From the NCBI GenBank assembly GCA_032718475.1, contig JAUCBJ010007011.1:1-64000 (forward strand): DNA of 64,000 nucleotides. The letters are read 5' to 3'. Position numbers and translations under genes: made by a program. This document shows, piece after piece, positions 62,701 through 64,000 of this stretch (its first letter is position 1; each line of letters starts with the position of its first letter). The notes under the pieces are model-generated. The model made no database searches, was not told the DNA's origin, and was given only the letters and a program-made list of their open reading frames with translations. The stretch is from Nemertoderma westbladi (taxonomy: Eukaryota > Animalia > Xenacoelomorpha).

Positions 62701-64000
62701 CGTCCCCGTAGTTGCTCACATTATGCTAACTTATCAGCCTACGTCCCCGTAGTTGCTCACATTATGCTAACTTATCAGCCTACGTCCCCGTAGTTGCTCA
62801 CATTATGCTAACTTATCAGCCTACGTCCCCGTTGTTGCTCACATTATATTAACTTATCAGCCTACGTCCCCGTAGTTGCTCACATTATGCTAACTTATCA
62901 GCCTACGGCCCCGTAGTTGCTCACATTATGCTAGCTAACATATCTGCCTACGACCCCGTAGTTGCTCACATTATGCTAGCTAACTTATCAGCCTACGGCC
63001 CCGTAGTTGCTCACATTATGCTAACTTATCAGCCTACGGCCCCGTAGTTGCTCACATTATGCTAGCTAACATATCAGCCTACGTCCCCGTAGTTGCTCAC
63101 ATTATGCTAACTTATCAGCCTACGTTCCCGTAGTTGCTCACATTATGCTAACTTATCAGCCTACGTCCCCGTAGTTGCTCACATTATGCTAACTTATCAG
63201 CCTACGTCCCCGTAGTTGCTCACATTATGCTAACTTATCAGACTACGTACCCGTAGTTGCTCTCATTATGCTAACTTATCAGCCTACGTCCCCGTAGTTG
63301 CTCACATTATGCTAACTTATCAGCCTACGTCCCCGTAGTTGCTCACATTATGCTAACTTATCAGCCTACGTCCCCGTAGTTGCTCACAATGCTAACTTAT
63401 CAGCCTACGTCCCCGTAGTTGCTCACATTATGCTAGCTAACTTATCAGCCTACGTCCCCGTAGTTGCTCACATTATGCTAACTTATCAGAGCCTACGTCC
63501 CCGTTGTTGCTCACATTATGCAACTTATCAGCCTACGTCCCCGTAGTTGCTCACATTATGCTAACTTATCAGCCTACGTCCCCGTAGTTGCTCACATTAT
63601 GCTAACTTATCAGCCTACGTCCCCGTAGTTGCTCACATTATGCTAACTTATCAGCCTACGTCCCCGTTGTTGCTCACATTATGTTAACTTATCAGCCTAC
63701 GTCCCCGTAGTTGCTCACATTATGCTAACTTATCAGCCTACGGCCCCGTAGTTGCTCACATTATGCTAGCTAACATATCTGCCTACGACCCCGTAGTTGC
63801 TCACATTATGCTAGCTAACTTATCAGCCTACGGCCCCGTAGTTGCTCACATTATGCTAACTTATCAGCCTACGGCCCCGTAGTTGCTCACATTATGCTAG
63901 CTAACATATCAGCCTACGTCCCCGTAGTTGCTCACATTATGCTAACTTATCAGAGCCTACGTCCCCGTTGTTGCTCACATTATGCAACTTATCAGCCTAC
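41798..64000. repeat. 41-bp satellite array (GTTGCTCACATTATGCTAACTTATCAGCCTACGTCCCCGTA)n, ~540 units, running off the window end
   Basis: Period measured directly (ATTATGCTAA at 42301 and 42342). Units are near identical, with SNP and 1-4 bp slippage variants. Confidence 0.99.
57822..58081 (+). mobile_element. ~260-bp RTE-LINE 3'-end insertion, copy 2, inside the satellite
   Basis: Near identical to 27232-27494. (TAG)n tail; TSD TATCAG at 57816-57821 and 58082-58087, derived from the satellite unit. Confidence 0.9.

Noticed and set aside
41798-64000. CRISPR-like array
   Set aside because: Units are contiguous with no unique spacers, no cas genes are present, and the context is eukaryotic. 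The single unique insert is a retroelement with a TSD.
41798-64000. Satellite-encoded hammerhead ribozyme (minus-strand CUGAUAAG) and resemblance of CTTATCAG to miR-21
   Set aside because: The core is not CUGANGA and there is no GAAA box. The miRNA match is short and has no pre-miRNA hairpin.

Overview
Eukaryotic (animal, probably invertebrate) genomic DNA; the taxon cannot be fixed from sequence alone. There are three host genes. (1) A ~3091-aa Furry/FRY-like gene on the minus strand, with only two coding exons, one of 8.2 kb. (2) Five 3' exons of an ANKAR-like armadillo-repeat gene on the plus strand; I found none of its upstream exons, so furry may be nested in one of its introns. (3) An intronless WDR18/Ipi3-like gene. 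Mobile DNA includes an apparently intact intron-containing Sola2-type DNA transposon (19192-23794; GAG..CTC TIRs, TTCC TSD), a non-autonomous hAT element (8-bp TSD) with a nested foldback repeat, and a TTAA-flanked non-autonomous element. Retroelements include a full-length RTE LINE with a TSD and one nonsense codon, CR1, L2 and RTE-X-like remnants, a tRNA-derived pseudogene, and two independent ~260-bp RTE-tail insertions with essentially the same 5' breakpoint. The last 22 kb is a 41-bp satellite with higher-order duplications and variation concentrated in a hairpin loop. I see no CRISPR array or prokaryotic system. All family assignments come from motif recognition by eye, not from database searches.
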